Position numbers and translations under genes: made by a program
The notes under the pieces: generated by a model
Told to the model about the DNA's origin: nothing
What the model saw: the letters and a program-made list of their open reading frames with translations, nothing else
Database searches by the model: none
Source of the DNA: Balanoglossus misakiensis
Taxonomy: Eukaryota > Animalia > Hemichordata
Direction: 5' to 3'
NCBI GenBank assembly: GCA_040954595.2
Contig: CM082592.2
Span: 62,001-126,000 of the forward strand
Length of the DNA stretch: 64,000 bases
Part shown: piece after piece, positions 1-13,696 of the stretch
Position numbering within the stretch: the first letter of the stretch is position 1
Layout of the letters: the number at the start of each line of letters is the position of its first letter

Positions 1-534
1 ACATTTTTTGACCAAAAATGGCAAATATTGCTCAAAATTATAGATATGCAAATTTTGCAACAATTTGAACAAAACTATGGTTCTTTGACAACATTAGGAG
101 GCTTCATACTAAATTTCAAAGACTTTTTACCAATAACATGGAAAAATACAAAAAAATGCAAAAAAAATAGGAAATCGATAATATTAGCTCAAAACATACA
201 GGATTGTATGAGGTTGATATAAGGTACATGCATACCAATTTTCAAATCAATATGACCAGTGGTTGTCCAGTTTTTGAGTTTTGACCAATTTCACATTTTC
301 CCAGCTAATTTGCATATTTTTGGCAATGACATCTTCATTTGAACAAACTCCCATCTACAGCCCTGCCTGCATCTACACGCCAAATATCGAGGTCATACGC
401 GCTGCGGTTTTCAAGTTTTTCATGTGGACGGACATACAGACATACATCCATCCATCCATCCATACATACAGACGTAACCAATCCCATAAGGTTCCATGGT
501 ACATACCAATGGGACCTAAAAACTTGTGACTTAC

Positions 535-3500
535 ATGTAACACATGTTTGCCCAGTGTAGCAGGTTGGACAGTTGCAGGTGTAGATTGAGCAGGAGGCTT
601 GAAGTGGCTGATACACTCCGTTATTCAGACATGGGTTTAGAAGACAATGGTTGATCGCTAAGGGTGAGAGAAATGAAAAGTATCACATTAGGGTCTTACA
701 CACTTGAGTGGGAAGTGAAATCTGTAGCAGACTGTCAGAAGATTGCACATCCGTGTGATCATGTTCATGTGTGAAGGATAATGAAGACCACTTGATCCAA
801 GCTTGGTGCTACCATCTTTATCATAATTACAGCATCTTATAATATTTACTAGTTGGGGGTGGGGTGGGGTGGGGGTGGGGGTAGTTGATGTCATAACTTT
901 CTGATGTTTCAATTTACGGTTGGAAAAATAGCAACATCTACTCTGATGAGCATTTGAGTCAATGAAAGTATACATCATGGCTACGGTAGTGCATATAAGT
1001 CTCTTGGTTAGCTGCACAATCACAGGCAACTTTATTGAGACAATATCAATGACAAAGCCCAGCGATTTCTACTTTGTGCGGCAAATCTGACACTGGTTTG
1101 CTTACGTTCAGCGCACGTGGTTCCGATGAAACAGCGCGAACTCTGGCATCTGAACTCGGTGCAGGACACTTGCTGGCAGAATCCACTGTTTAGACAAGGG
1201 TTGGGCTGACACGGATTCAAATCTGTGCACAGAAGAGAAAGTGATATAAATTGTGTACAGTTAATATTTACTACATATACTTTAAACAGATTTGTGCAGT
1301 CAGGGTTGAGTGGTAAAAATCTCAGTTGGTCAACAGAACATCACTGTGACAAATTTCTTCCATGTTCAACAAAAGAAACGTAATGAAATTTTGACACAGG
1401 TGTAATAGTGTCTTAGTGTACCATACGGTGCAGGTTGTTGTTTGGTCAAATACACAATCCCCTTTTATGGCACACACATTCTTAATAAATTTCCCCAAAA
1501 TTGTGTCGTTATTCACTGTTTGATACAGGTTGGAAGAAACCAACTGCAAGCCGATTATGTGTTATGTTATTATGTTCCTCTTCATCTGAAATTTAAAATC
1601 ACTCACATGTCTGACATAAATCGCCGGAGTAACAGCTTGTACAGGAGCATGTGAATTCAGTACACCAATTGGGCGTCAGCACACAGTTTCCACCATTCTG
1701 ACACTGGATGGGTTGACACTGGTTGACAGCTGTGGGATGTTCAGTCAAGATATTGTCAAAATTACAGAATCTACAAACTACACTCCACAGTCATGTACAT
1801 GTATACATGACAACAACCAAACGGCTATTTTGAAAAACCAAATGCTGTGAAATCCTTTAGAGTGTGACAAGAAACCACAGTTGCAACCGAAAACAAAAAT
1901 AGTGATAACTTTAAGCTAGCCCAAAGTTTGAGTTACCAGGGCTTTAATATGTGTACCGTACTTATATTATATAATACATAACAAGTGTTTTGCATTGAAT
2001 AAAATAATATTGGTTTGTACTTACGCATTGTACATGTGGCACCAGTGAAGCATTCGGTACACATACAGTCAAACAGGAAACAGCCGTCTCGCGCAACGCA
2101 AATGCCACCATTTTGACAAGGCATAGAGTATAACTGATCAATGGCTGCCAAAACAAAAATGAAAGTATCAATTACCTGCTTGTCAAAAACTTGTACATGT
2201 ACTTGTGATGTTCATTTCGTTTAAATATGTGAGCAATGTCTTCATTCCTTGTTTCAAACCTGTACATTTAAAATAACATAATGATGCTATTGCTAGGATT
2301 TTTCTGTAAGAATCTTGAAAAATTAAAAAATGTGCCATCAACATGATACAGAAGGCTTTCCTTTTTAACGTGCACCTCACACTCAATTTTGACCCTACAT
2401 CAGCAAATTTTGAAAGGATGAAACTTAGTAATGCTTCCACCCCATTTATTGGTGTATGGGTCCATCTATCACATTGAGAATACCAAAAATGAGGGTTTAT
2501 ATACCACGCTGTGTCATAAAACAGTAATTCGACACACCTACGGCACAGATGGCCCCAGTCCAACACTACTGGCAGTAACAGGTGTAGTCAGTATAAGAAT
2601 TTGGTGTTTGGGAACAATAGCCTCCATTTTGACACGGATTCTGATCACATGGGTTAATGACTATCTGAAAAAAAATAGTTTAAAAAACATGAAATGCAGA
2701 TGGCTACACCTCAACCAAAGATGATTCCTGCACCACAACAAAATCCTTTGACACAAGCATTATACTGGAACCATACCCAGAACACGCATTAAGTATATGA
2801 TGAAGGGAAAATGTCTCTATTTTGGGTAATACAGTAAAACCTGTCTTTATGGACACCTCTCTAATCAGAACACCTAGTAAGATTGATTTTTCAAGCCAAA
2901 TAGTAAGGATAATTAAGGACGTCTCTTTTACTTAATACTCAGATGTGTGCACCACCTTAGGAGAGATTACCTCACATGCACAATTATCTCTACAGACACT
3001 AGTCTTCAAGAGGCAACTCTTGTATATTTGAGTGATGAAAACATCCAGCTTCGTACACTTCCTCACAAGTTCGTGCCTATCCTAAATTGCACGGACATAC
3101 AAATGAAATTTCTGTTTTCTTTTCTCTTGTGGAAATTTTAGAAATGAGAAGTTACCACACAATTCAATTGCCATGAAGAGAAAGTGCCCAAAAGATTGTC
3201 ATTTACGGTATGTCAAAAACTTACATATTTCACAACGGTTACCCTCATAGCAACCAGTACAGGCACAGGTATATGCCGTGCAGGAGTTGGCCACTGCATT
3301 ACATACAGCCCCGTTGAGACAGCTGTTTCGCTGGCATGGATCTTGGACTGCAATAAAAAGTGCAACCTAATGTTATCTCAGCAATATTTACTTTCAAAAT
3401 CTGTTTGATAAAAACATCATCATTACCATTACTGTAAATACTGAACGGAACTTCACTTCCAAAAACAACTTGCTCATTCTGGGACGCACTTGTGGGGCTA

Positions 3501-5728
3501 TGAAAATCTCTGTATATGTATCTTGTGTAGGGAAAATTTTCATGAACGATCAACATTTTTTTCTTCAAATAAACATGTTTTCTTTCAGTTGTACATCACT
3601 TTTGAGGTGAACGATTCCCAAGGCCCAAGGTGTGATGCTGAAGATGAAAATATAAAGTATGACCAACAGACAATGTATTGAGACATGATTGTAAATGTTA
3701 GTTCCTGCATGACAAATGTTTGTTTTAATGAGTTTTACACTGGCTGCAGTGTGTGCCGGTGAAACATCCTGGACAAGTACACTCATAAGTTGTACACGAC
3801 AGCTGAGTACACCGCCCATTGTTCAGGCATGGACTTGGCCTATATGGTGTTTGTTCTGTTTCAATGGCATGAAAATAAATAGTAGTGACATAAGTTTTTA
3901 GGGTATGACCATTTCCCTAATTCCTACAGCTGTGGTTCTATCGGGTTCTCCTAACTGAGCCTCCTAAATGTATAACTGAACAATAAGAATTACTTATTAT
4001 ACTTTTGGGAGTTTAGGACTTTGGTAATTGAAAAAAGACTCAATTCCTGAAAGTGCCTATTTGGTTTGTCACATCCTAAATATACAGGTAATTTCATAGC
4101 TGCCAGCTATGACAAATATACTGGTATGATGGGGGAAAAACGTGCCGAAGTAAGGAAGTCATTGTCCAACTGTCCTGGGTGTTAATTATATGCAAAAGAA
4201 CATCATCATACAGATAATCCCCAAACCCTTTGATCTTTGCCGCAGTTGCTCGTCCTTCTTTCTCTAGGGTCTATGGCTTGACAGATGTCACCTGTGTAAG
4301 AGTTCACACACTGGCATGAATAGAAATTGCACGATGTTTGCTGGAAAATCCACCATTCATACATGGGTTGGGATCACAGGGGTTTTGCACTGGAAATTGA
4401 GAAAGGACGCCATTTTATTCCTTGCTACTCATTCTACAGATATGGCAAAAACCTTGCAGAATTATGGCAAGGGTGTGTGGAGTGATTGTGCCTACAACTT
4501 ATATTAGGCTGGTATCAAGTTGTTCACACCTCCATAGATCATGTGGCAGTGACTGTGAGGCAAGGGCTTCCCTTCATGAAATCAAAGACTTGTGTACTGG
4601 AGGAGGGTTCCTTGCAAATGCTTGACTTGACTTCAAGCATACCTGTAGACTCATATGCAAATTTACACTATCTGGGCTGGAGTGAGAATTTCCATAGTGG
4701 ATGTGTGTTGACAAAAGGCTGTAAAATTGGCCAGTCGCGCATAATGTTTCTTGAACTAAGACAATCAAGACATTATGCGCTACGAAAGTGATTTTGATTG
4801 GGAAGAGTGTAATCTTGCATTCGATGTCAAGAACGCTGCAAGCTCTGCTGTGGTGATGGCTACACCTATGCTCAGGAAACATGCAGTATTTGAATGCATC
4901 AGAGACAAAAGGTAAAAGAGACTGCGCTGTATATTTACATATCTCACACCTATCACCTTTGTAGCAACCAGTACATATGCAGGTGAGATCAAAGCAGGAA
5001 TTTCGAGCCGGTTGACAGAAGCCACCATTCTGGCACGGATTTGGTGGACACTGGTTGAGTCCTACAAGGAAAAGGGTCAAATTTTCCATGATCATCAATG
5101 TCATGTGATTATGAATGTATGTAAGTGGCTGAAAAAAATTCCCAGGGGTGAGTTTCCTACAAAAATTGTGATGTGACAAACCGACAAATAAGCATATTAG
5201 CATAATCAGAATAAATAAAAAAATGCACAGGTAGTTTAAAAGAACAAACACTTTGGAAACGGAATAGAGCTAAGCTGCTGTCCCTTTCTAATTGTTACTC
5301 GTTCAAAAATCACCTGTCACATCACTCCAATTTTGTATCAGTTGCACTGGCTATCTGTTACAGAGCGTATTGTTTTTAAGATGTTAGTTCTCATTTTTAA
5401 ATCCATTCATAAACTTGGTCCAATCTATCTTTCTAGCATGAATAATCTATATGTTCCGTGTCGCAATTTAAGGTCAGCTGATCAGTTCAAACTCTGCCCT
5501 GTTCGATCACGCACCAAGAGTTATGGTGATCGTGCTTTTACTGTTGCTGCTCCAATTCTTTGGAATAATCTTCCACTTACCATTCGCCAGGCACCAGACT
5601 TATCTGTTTTTAAATCAAATGTTAAAACTTTACTTTTTAAATCTGTTTTTTAGCCAGTTGTTGTATTGTACTTTTGCTTTAAGCGTCATTGATCACACTT
5701 TTTGTGGATACTGACGCTATACAAATAA

Positions 5729-5761
<33 letters not shown>

Positions 5762-6344
5762 TCTATTTTTGTGTTTGTACAACATCAGTGAAGTTTAAAT
5801 CATAATAAAAAAAAATGATAATTATCATTATTAACTGCTATAGATTCAAACTTACTTGTCTCACACCTGGTTCCCTAGTAACACTCTGTGCACATGCCAA
5901 TGGTGGCAGTACAAGAATTTGCCTGTTGTTGGCAGGTACCTCCATTGAGACAAGGACTAGCGAAGCATGGATTAGGAACTGGAAGACAGGAATTCAAAAT
6001 TTTATACAACACTTACCTATGGTAACACCAGTACACGTTCATTATTTCTCTGTTATGTTTTTATACTGGTGATTTTACTGTTTTTATTACCGATCATATG
6101 ACTGACTTAAAGATGATGATGATTATGATGATGATAATGACTACACCTGCTATTATTACTACAATGTACCTCAGCACTTAGATTTTTTAATAAATGACAA
6201 AGTACTGTACTCACGTGTTTCACATGTGAAGCCCAGGTAGCAGCCAGCACATTGACATGTGACGCCTGTATAAGATCCCTGGATTGCTTGGCAAGTACCA
6301 GCATTCCGGCATGGGTTAAGGTTTGTGTTCGCACGGATTCATTG
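535..6344 (-). pseudogene. Multi-exon EGF-repeat pseudogene (8-Cys EGF modules), copy 1
   Basis: AG/GT-bounded phase 1-1 exons: 6215-6344, 5856-5978, 4939-5061, ~4276-4389, 3739-3855, 3225-3347, 2538-2660, 2025-2144, 1607-1729, 1106-1222, 535-657. Example translation: VQDPCQRNSCLNGAVCNAVANSCTAYTCACTGCYEGNRCEI. Lesions: TAG stops at 2566-2568 and 5875-5877, a +7 frameshift in 6215-6344, a -1 frameshift near 4344, and several lost Cys. Confidence 0.9.
5258..5762 (+). mobile_element. 5'-truncated LINE 3' end (L2/CR1 group) with (TTA)n tail; sister copies at ~25940-26423 and ~54120-54498 + 58894-58986
   Basis: ORF 5333-5653: LHWLSVTERIVFK...LRS...YGDRAFTVAAPILWNNLP, the typical post-RT C-terminus. 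Followed by aataaa and (tta)n. Confidence 0.88.
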
Positions 6345-7558
6345 CTGCAAATGTACACAATATTTACAAAATAAAACAGTATACAACTGTAAGGATTTAT
6401 AATCATCAATTGTGAATATCACACCAATCAAGGCCTTTCAATGCACCCTGATTGCTGAGAGCTGAAATACGTGAACCAACGTGTATTTGTTTTCACTACT
6501 ATATCACATGACATTCTGCATCTCTTTTCCATAGTTGGAGTCTGCACCCAACATTGTATTCCGGGGTAGCACTACACGGAACCCCGAAACTTTTTCGTCA
6601 TCATCCGAGTACTTTTCCCAGCATGCAGTTGCCAAGAAGGCTGCACAGGGAGTTTTTATTTTTGCACTGGTATACAATTTTTTTATTCGTCAATTTCACA
6701 GACACATGCATTGCACATCAAAATTTTGCGTCAGAAGTGAGGACAACTTAACTAGGTACCAATGCAATGTGGTTTTAGGCGGATTTGAACTTTTCCTTTA
6801 ATGTAACAGTTGTATTGACATGCGATTATCATACTGAACATGAAGCAATCTCAAAATTGCTAAAAATAAAATAATTCAGGACATTTAGATTCTACAATGG
6901 TGAAAAAATATGACAAACCTCCCAAAATTCTTATTTTTGAGGCCATTTTACAAAAATCTATGAGCCTGGCAAAATCTGAAAGAGGTGCTAGATAAAGGGT
7001 GCTTTTTCAAAACTCTAGATGGTTGACCCCCAATTTTTATTCCATAGATTAAATGTTTAGAAGTCATAGTATCATCAGTATTAATTTTAACATGATCAGA
7101 CGACCCTTTATTTCGAGGTGCGCAACACCTTAAATATGTTTTTACGACTAAGACGACTACAAACCTGGTAGAAGGGGAGTACATGTTGTTGATGGTCCCA
7201 GAGAGTAGGTTCTTGATGTGCAGGCAAGTGGGTGATGTTGCTGCACACTGACAGCCTGGATCGCAAGGGGTACAGGATACTTCTGTGGCTGTGTCAGCAT
7301 AATAACTTGATGGACAAGGAATGGGGCTGTCTGACCCATCTGGACAGTAGTTACCTACACCGCAATCAGCACATGTCATGTCTGTAGAATAACAGCAGCT
7401 TGTTTAGTGAGTGTTTTGCCGATATGACAGAGTTCAAGTATGCTTATTTGGTTAAATTTTAAAAGGAATATCACCAGCTGTTTTAGAGTTAATATTGCGA
7501 AAGGGACTTCATAAGTTGTCTGAAAACACCAGTTTCCCCAATTTTCACTAATGTATAG

Positions 7559-8564
7559 GAATACATGAGAAGTCAGCCAGATTAGAAGTTGGCCAGTACG
7601 TGCGTATGAGAAGTCGGCCTGTACGAGAAGTCAGCCAGTTGTTGAACTTGTACCCGAATAGTGCAGTGATGACCCAGATTACTTATAACAACACTTAATA
7701 AAATATAATTGCACTAAATATTTTCATTTGGATGGATTTCCCAAATTCTTGACAACACAATGGCGTCATTTCAAATAATGGCGTCTGGCATCCGTACCGG
7801 TTCCCCAGCCCCGTATCCGCGTAAGGAGCTTAGGTTGTTCACCAAATTCCTGTGACATTTCTGATTAAAGGGACAAAGTCTCTCCCTCGCGAACCTTTTT
7901 CCATTAATTATGTTTGATACAAGACACCGTTCACATTATTCTACATGTGGATATATTGAGAATCCACATTCAACTACAGACAAATTCCATCCCGTTTGTA
8001 GGATATGAGTGTAAAAATCCCGCCAAAATGAATAAATGGTAAACACCGATTATTCATTTTGGCAAGTTTTTCACTCTCGTGTCTACAAGTCGGATTGAAG
8101 TTGTGTGTGGTTGAACGTTGATTCACTATATATCCACATTTAGAATACATAAATGGTGTCTTGTATCAAATATTATTAATGGAAAAAGGGCAGCGAGAGA
8201 GAGACTTTGTCCCTTTAAAGGGAGTTGTTTCAAAGCCTACTAAAATACATAGAAGATGTATGTGTATATTCATACTTTGAGACAACACCAAACAAACAAA
8301 CGTGACGAGGAACAGACTACTGGCGTAGCGCAAGAAGTGCAGGTGACTGATGTTGACGTACCCCGGTGACGTACATGAAAAGTGAACAGACAGTTTTAAA
8401 ATTCATCGGCTATTTGTACAAATATCTCAGCTCCTGTACATCAAGGAAACATTTCGTAGTGAAACAGTTATATATAACACAAAGTACCAGGGTTCTCTCC
8501 CACAGGCCGACTTCTCGTACTGGCCGATACCGACTTCTCATACTGGTCGACTTCTCAGGACACC
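7559..8564. mobile_element. Non-autonomous TIR element with repetitive arms and 8-bp TSD (sister copy 32705-33348)
   Basis: gagaagtcggccagtac repeats at the left end and their reverse complements at the right end. ATGTATAG at 7551-7558 and 8565-8572. Confidence 0.7.
7869..8214. mobile_element. Kolobok-type MITE, copy A only
   Basis: TTAA|AGGGACAAAGTCTCTC...GAGAGACTTTGTCCCT|TTAA with long imperfect inverted arms. Single TTAA at the empty site ~32995. Confidence 0.88.
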
Positions 8565-9443
8565 ATGTATAGCATAGCTGTTGAACTCAAAAAATATGTA
8601 AAACTACAAGTGATGTAAACAACTTGTGGAACCATGTTCAAATCGAGACCAGAAGAAAAGAGATTTCAAGACTTACCTCCTTCAACACTTTACTGCCCTG
8701 TAGCGCACTGTGTGACACTTGTAGTTGTGCATTCATAACCAGAAGGACGTGGCCGAACCTAGCGAGTATGAACCTATCACAGAAAAAATTCAAAGAACGA
8801 TTGGTTTGGTCCAACGATCCCATATTAGAGAGATGTCCGTAATCACAGATGTTACTGTACAATACCTCTTCAGTGGAATCTTTGTGTTTTTCAAAGTGCG
8901 TCACAATATCAACTCCAATGAGCATAACAGTTTAATTTTCTGTGTATGTCATGCTATAACACAGGGAAGTCACAAGAGTGATTTGCAGCCCAACTTACCA
9001 GTAACTGTTGAACAATCAACTACGGGTGACATGGTTGGACACTTGGATCCTGCTGGACAAGGCGTGCATGTTCCGTCGCCTTCCATAGCATATTCACCAT
9101 TGCCACAGTCAAGCGGATCTTACATTGGATCTAAACACGATTGTCCGGCAGGGCACAGAAGACGGGATGTGCGTGCAGGCTCCTCACTTATTTCATCTGA
9201 TTAAATAAAATGAGGTTTTTAGTGAAGTATTTGTGATACAGTGTCATTTAAAATAACAAATTACTTGAGATGATTCACTTCATAATTCTGAGACAAGTAT
9301 ACAGGCATGTAGAAAATTCTTTGGAGGACATTAAACGTCATTTCTAATCAACCATTTTCTGAATATCATAAGACTCTGCGAGATCTCACATGGCTAACCG
9401 GGTCTCACAAGATCTCGCACTGAGTTGATAATCTGTTGTAAAC

Positions 9444-9474
<31 letters not shown>

Positions 9475-9753
9475 TAACCCCAGTCGCACTGACTTGAAAA
9501 TCTGTTGTAAACACATACATGCATACACACACACACCCCTCAGTTTCATCACACAGCAAACTGAACAAGTACCACGATCTTACCATTTGTACATCTGGTA
9601 CAGTTTGTTGCACCAGCCAATGACACGTAACCCTTGGTACACTTGAATTGCGATGCACTGGGATTTGTGCAGGCGTACCCTTGCTCACAAAAAGTACACT
9701 GTTCAGCACCGGCTGATCTGTAAATCAAACAAAGAATTTACACACCAAGTTAA

Positions 9754-10486
9754 GGTGCCATTGCATGAAACCGTCGAGACTTTTTCAGAGGCCTATTTCT
9801 CATGAAAGACAACGTTAAAACCCACACAAACCATATATATTCTGGAAGCTGAGTTTTTGAACTTTTGTTTGCGTTGCAAATATTATTGATCCCCGGAAAT
9901 GGTGGCGATTTTGGGTTAAAAAACCCATTTTTTGATATTATGTCATAAAATTTAAAATAGGTAAAAAAGTTGACCATGCATCATGCATCTTAATATGTCA
10001 TTCAAAACTAGAGTACACGTGCTAAAAACGGTAATTCCGTTTTGCGTTATCTGCTTCCATTGAGGAGTAACAGCGTTTGAAAGTTAGATTTTTAGTAAAA
10101 TTTGATCAAATTCACGGTGAGTTGTATTGAATCAGAGTTTATTCCCGCCAGGGACACTTTATCAACTAACAAAAATACCGTTTTGTTGGCTGGGTCATAC
10201 AAAATCCCCAGTTAAAGTTTGAGCAAATTCGGCCAACGCAGAGCGAAGCTATTTTCGTCTGAAGTTGTCAAGAACAGCGAAAATGCAAACTGAGAAAAAC
10301 GGCCATTTGCATTGTTGACACCTATTTGTTAAGCTGTGAACTCATTCAGAAAAGTGCTATTTGGGGGTGATTGTGCACCATTTCCGCCAAGACGTATTAG
10401 TCAGGATGTGGGTCAGTATTAGGCCTACCGATTTATGTAAAAAAGTAAAATTTGGCAAAAATCACAACTTTTCATGCAATGCCACC
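9754..10486. mobile_element. Kolobok-type non-autonomous DNA transposon, copy A only
   Basis: TTAA|GGTGCCATTGCATGAAA...TTTCATGCAATGCCACC|TTAA. Empty site gttaacc at ~34531. Confidence 0.9.
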
Positions 10487-11566
10487 TTAACCTTTGAATA
10501 CCACTGTAAATAATTGGCGCAAATTTTAATTATTTTCATAAATAGAGGTCTATTCAAATTTGGAAAAATTGTCATTTTTTCATTCATATATTATATCAGT
10601 AAATTTTAAATACAGAAATGGAAAATGTTCCCATCCTATTTTTCAGTTAGTAAATTACCTGACCTAATGTTATGCAAGAGGTACAGCGAGACATCCTTTG
10701 TCCAAGGCCGAACTGTAATAACCAGCCGAGCATAAAATCACAGTGTTACCATTTGGACATTGGTTACCAGCTGGGCAATCACCACATGATGTTTGTGCTG
10801 AAAATAAACAGAGATTTATAGAATCTTATAGTCACAGTCATACCTTCAAAGACGTGGGATTCTCAAGCGGGTTGGGGAGACAAAAATCCCTGGCAAAAGA
10901 TTGAGGACAAGAAAATGCCAAACCAGAGATATTGGTAACAGAAACTGTATACAGTCAATGCCATATGGCAGTGTGCTGTTCTAACAACAGACAAGAATGT
11001 GACGATCATAGTCTGTGTCGGAGATTTGGAAAAGAGCAAATTCGGTGAAAAGACGGGACAAAACAAAAGTCTACTTATACGATGCACATGAAAACTGGAT
11101 GAAAGCGAAGCAGTCCACTATTTGAATGCATTGGATGTAAAATTGGCAGAATATTTGGACTGGACATAATGTTTGTACGCACAGAATTACGCACATGCAC
11201 ATAAGATGATCGTCCGCCTTAAGTGAAAGATTACACAGTAATGCCCAAATTTTAAGTGCTGGCTCACCCTCTATATTAGTGTAGTATCCATCTTCACACA
11301 CCTCTGGCTCCGACATACCATCATATTGGCACTTATACCCAGGGCAGGACAAGGCGTACAGTCTATACTTCCATTGTTGGCAAAATATCCCTGTCCGCAT
11401 TGTGTTGGTGATGAGAGGCTGGCTGTTCCACACATGAAACCCTTGGACACAGCGTGCATGCTTCAGAACATGCTGAACTGTAACTTCCAACTGCGCAGTC
11501 CTGTAGGAGTAAAGATGTCAAATATTAGGGAGGTTTAGGAGCCCTCTAGCCAGCAAACTTCATCAA

Positions 11567-11978
11567 GGATGTACGCGCAGAACATAAACTGGAAACACTG
11601 CGCGCCCGGTCTTTTTCCCAAAGGATTACATTGATAATCGCCAGAAAACAAACTTCTACTATTGTCATTTTCACGAAATTTTACACATAGCTCAGTCCAG
11701 AAAATATAAATTCATTGGTCAAATAAAATATAGGGGTCACCGCGCTCTTTTTTGAGATAAATTGCGTTAAGAATTTTGCCCATAGACAAACCATTGGTGA
11801 AAAATGCTGAGTCAGCAGATTTCTTCTATTATCGACCAATTTCATGGCTCTGTATTTCAAAAACAAGCCCGGTGACCCTAAATTTTATTACGGATTTTCA
11901 TTATACATACAAAGGAGAATAAAAAAATCCACAATTAAAAAAAATGACAATACTTTCAATTTTACTGAACGTACATCC
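11567..11978. mobile_element. Kolobok-type MITE predating the duplication (sister copy 38731-39143)
   Basis: TCAA|GGATGTACG...CGTACATCC|TTAA in both copies. Confidence 0.75.
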
Positions 11979-12384
11979 TTAATGTTACTTATGTAGTGGA
12001 GCACCAAAACCAAATTTTCATATCGATTGTGTATTTTGTGATAAAAGCACCAAACTTGGCTCAGATGCGTGTTAATGTGTACTGAACAAATTCAGATAGC
12101 GAGTCACTAAATATCTGTTGAAGAGTTTCCATGGCAACCAATTTTATTTCAAAATGGCCGCCAATACAGATAATCACACCTGTTAAACACCAAAATAAAT
12201 TCAGATTACAATATTTGAAACAAGAAACTACGGAAAGAATGGTTTGCAATAGAACTATGGTTATTAAACTACAAATGTACTTATAAGGGTAACTAAGGGA
12301 TCAAAACACAGGTGCAACTTTCAATCCCTGGTTCTCGCATTAGTATAGGTGCTCCCCCTAGTCAAACATTATGGCTAGTTGCGA

Positions 12385-13240
12385 TATTTAACTGGAAAGG
12401 GCAGTTCACGAAATAAAAACCTGGATGACACATAATAAACTTCAACTCAATGGTGGCAAAACCGAGGTACTCCTGATAAGGTCTCAGTTCAACCGCTCGC
12501 CTCGTCCCATAAACCACATGAGCATTGGATCATGTTGTGTTCAAATAGTGAATTCTGCACGGAATATAGGTGTGACATTCGACGACAATTACACTTTCAA
12601 TAAGCACATTAATGCAATTTGCAAGTCAATTTTCTTCCATCTGCGTCAAATCAGCCACATTCGCCGTTACCTCACTAAGGAAGTTTGCCAGATGCTGGTT
12701 CATGCTCTAATCACACTACTGTAATGCACTACTCTGTGGTTTACCATCATCATGCATGCTACAGCATGCCCTGAATTCTGTAGCCATGATCGTTTCTCGT
12801 ACCCGTAAAAGGGATCATATTACTCCTGTTCTCATGGATTTACATTGGTTGCCTGTACACTATAGAATCCAATACAAGATCTTGCTTATGACATATAAGG
12901 CATTAAACAACACAGCACCAGCTTACATCTCTGACTTAATCCATCTGAAAACTTCAACAAGACTTCTTCGTTCAAATGACAAATTTCTACTTCATGTACC
13001 ATGGAGTAAGAAGAAAATGTACGTCGATCGTCCTTTTTCGTATATCGCCCCACTCATTTGGAACAGTGTCCCAATAGAAGTATGCCAGTCACCTAGCCTT
13101 GACAGTTTCAAGAAACACATCAAGACTTATCTGTTTAACAGAGCGTATTAACAGTAACTTTACATTGTAAAGCGCTATTGAACATTATTACAGTGGAGTT
13201 TGGTGTTCTATAAGTCTTTTTGATTGATTGATTGATTGAT
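12385..13240 (+). mobile_element. 5'-truncated LINE 3' end (L2/CR1 group) with (GATT)n tail
   Basis: WMTHNKLQLNGGKTEVL...LHWLPVHYRIQYK...IAPLIWNSVP, frameshifted by a small deletion near 12715. Confidence 0.88.
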
Positions 13241-13696
13241 GAACAGTTTACCACCTTAGCTAAACACATAAACAGATCACCGATACGTCCGAATAGCGCG
13301 TGTATGAGGGCTTGGTTAACTTGTGACCTGTTTGGTCGGGCATTGATTCTTGTCGGCAAAAACTGCCATAGGAAATTATAAACTTAAGTCAAATTGCTGA
13401 AACAATAAATAATAGTCCATGTGTCTTGATACTTCAGATCATGCATCGGTTCGACTCTGTCTGTAGTCGGTTACCCAAATTTATTGGGAAGTTCTGCCTT
13501 TTACACATTAATACGTGTGGTTTTCGATCATATCCTACCGGTCTTATTGGTTGACATTAATTTGGCAGTGTGCTATAAGCATATTACATCCTACATCAAA
13601 CCAAAATAAAGCTTGTGATACTTTGACCATCAGTTTTTGTTTACTTTTAGTCGCTAGTGAAATTCAAGCTCAGTAATAACTTTACAACTAACTTAT

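Larger units (their letters stand above)
7166..11500 (-). pseudogene. Cys-rich CPAG-repeat (GCC2/GCC3, Ephrin_rec_like-type) pseudogene fragment, copy 1
   Basis: Exons 11268-11500 (DCAVGSYSS...CGQGYFANNGSIDCTPCPA/GYKC, two frameshifts), ~10658-10797 (CGDCPAGNQCPNG..CSAGYYS), 9584-9717 (CTFCEQGYACTNP..CTKGYVS), 8999-9196 (CPAGQSCLDPM*..CTPCPAGSKCP), ~8677-8830 (PSGYECTTTSVTQCATGQ*) and ~7166-7382 (CADCGVGNYCPDGSDSPIPCPSSYY). Confidence 0.82.

Noticed and set aside
855-881. G-quadruplex-capable (GGGGT)n tract
   Set aside because: A simple intronic repeat with no evidence of function.
535-6344. Naming the EGF gene Notch, fibropellin or crumbs
   Set aside because: No diagnostic LNR, ankyrin, CUB, avidin or LamG exons were seen, and the cysteine pattern differs.
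6430-6645. Cys/Trp-containing exon-like stretch on the minus strand
   Set aside because: A plausible acceptor is present, but there are stops in the frames examined and no recognisable domain, so it cannot be supported.
8725-9204. Plus-strand 159-aa ORF (and its copy at 33509-33988)
   Set aside because: Antisense shadow of minus-strand CPAG exons.
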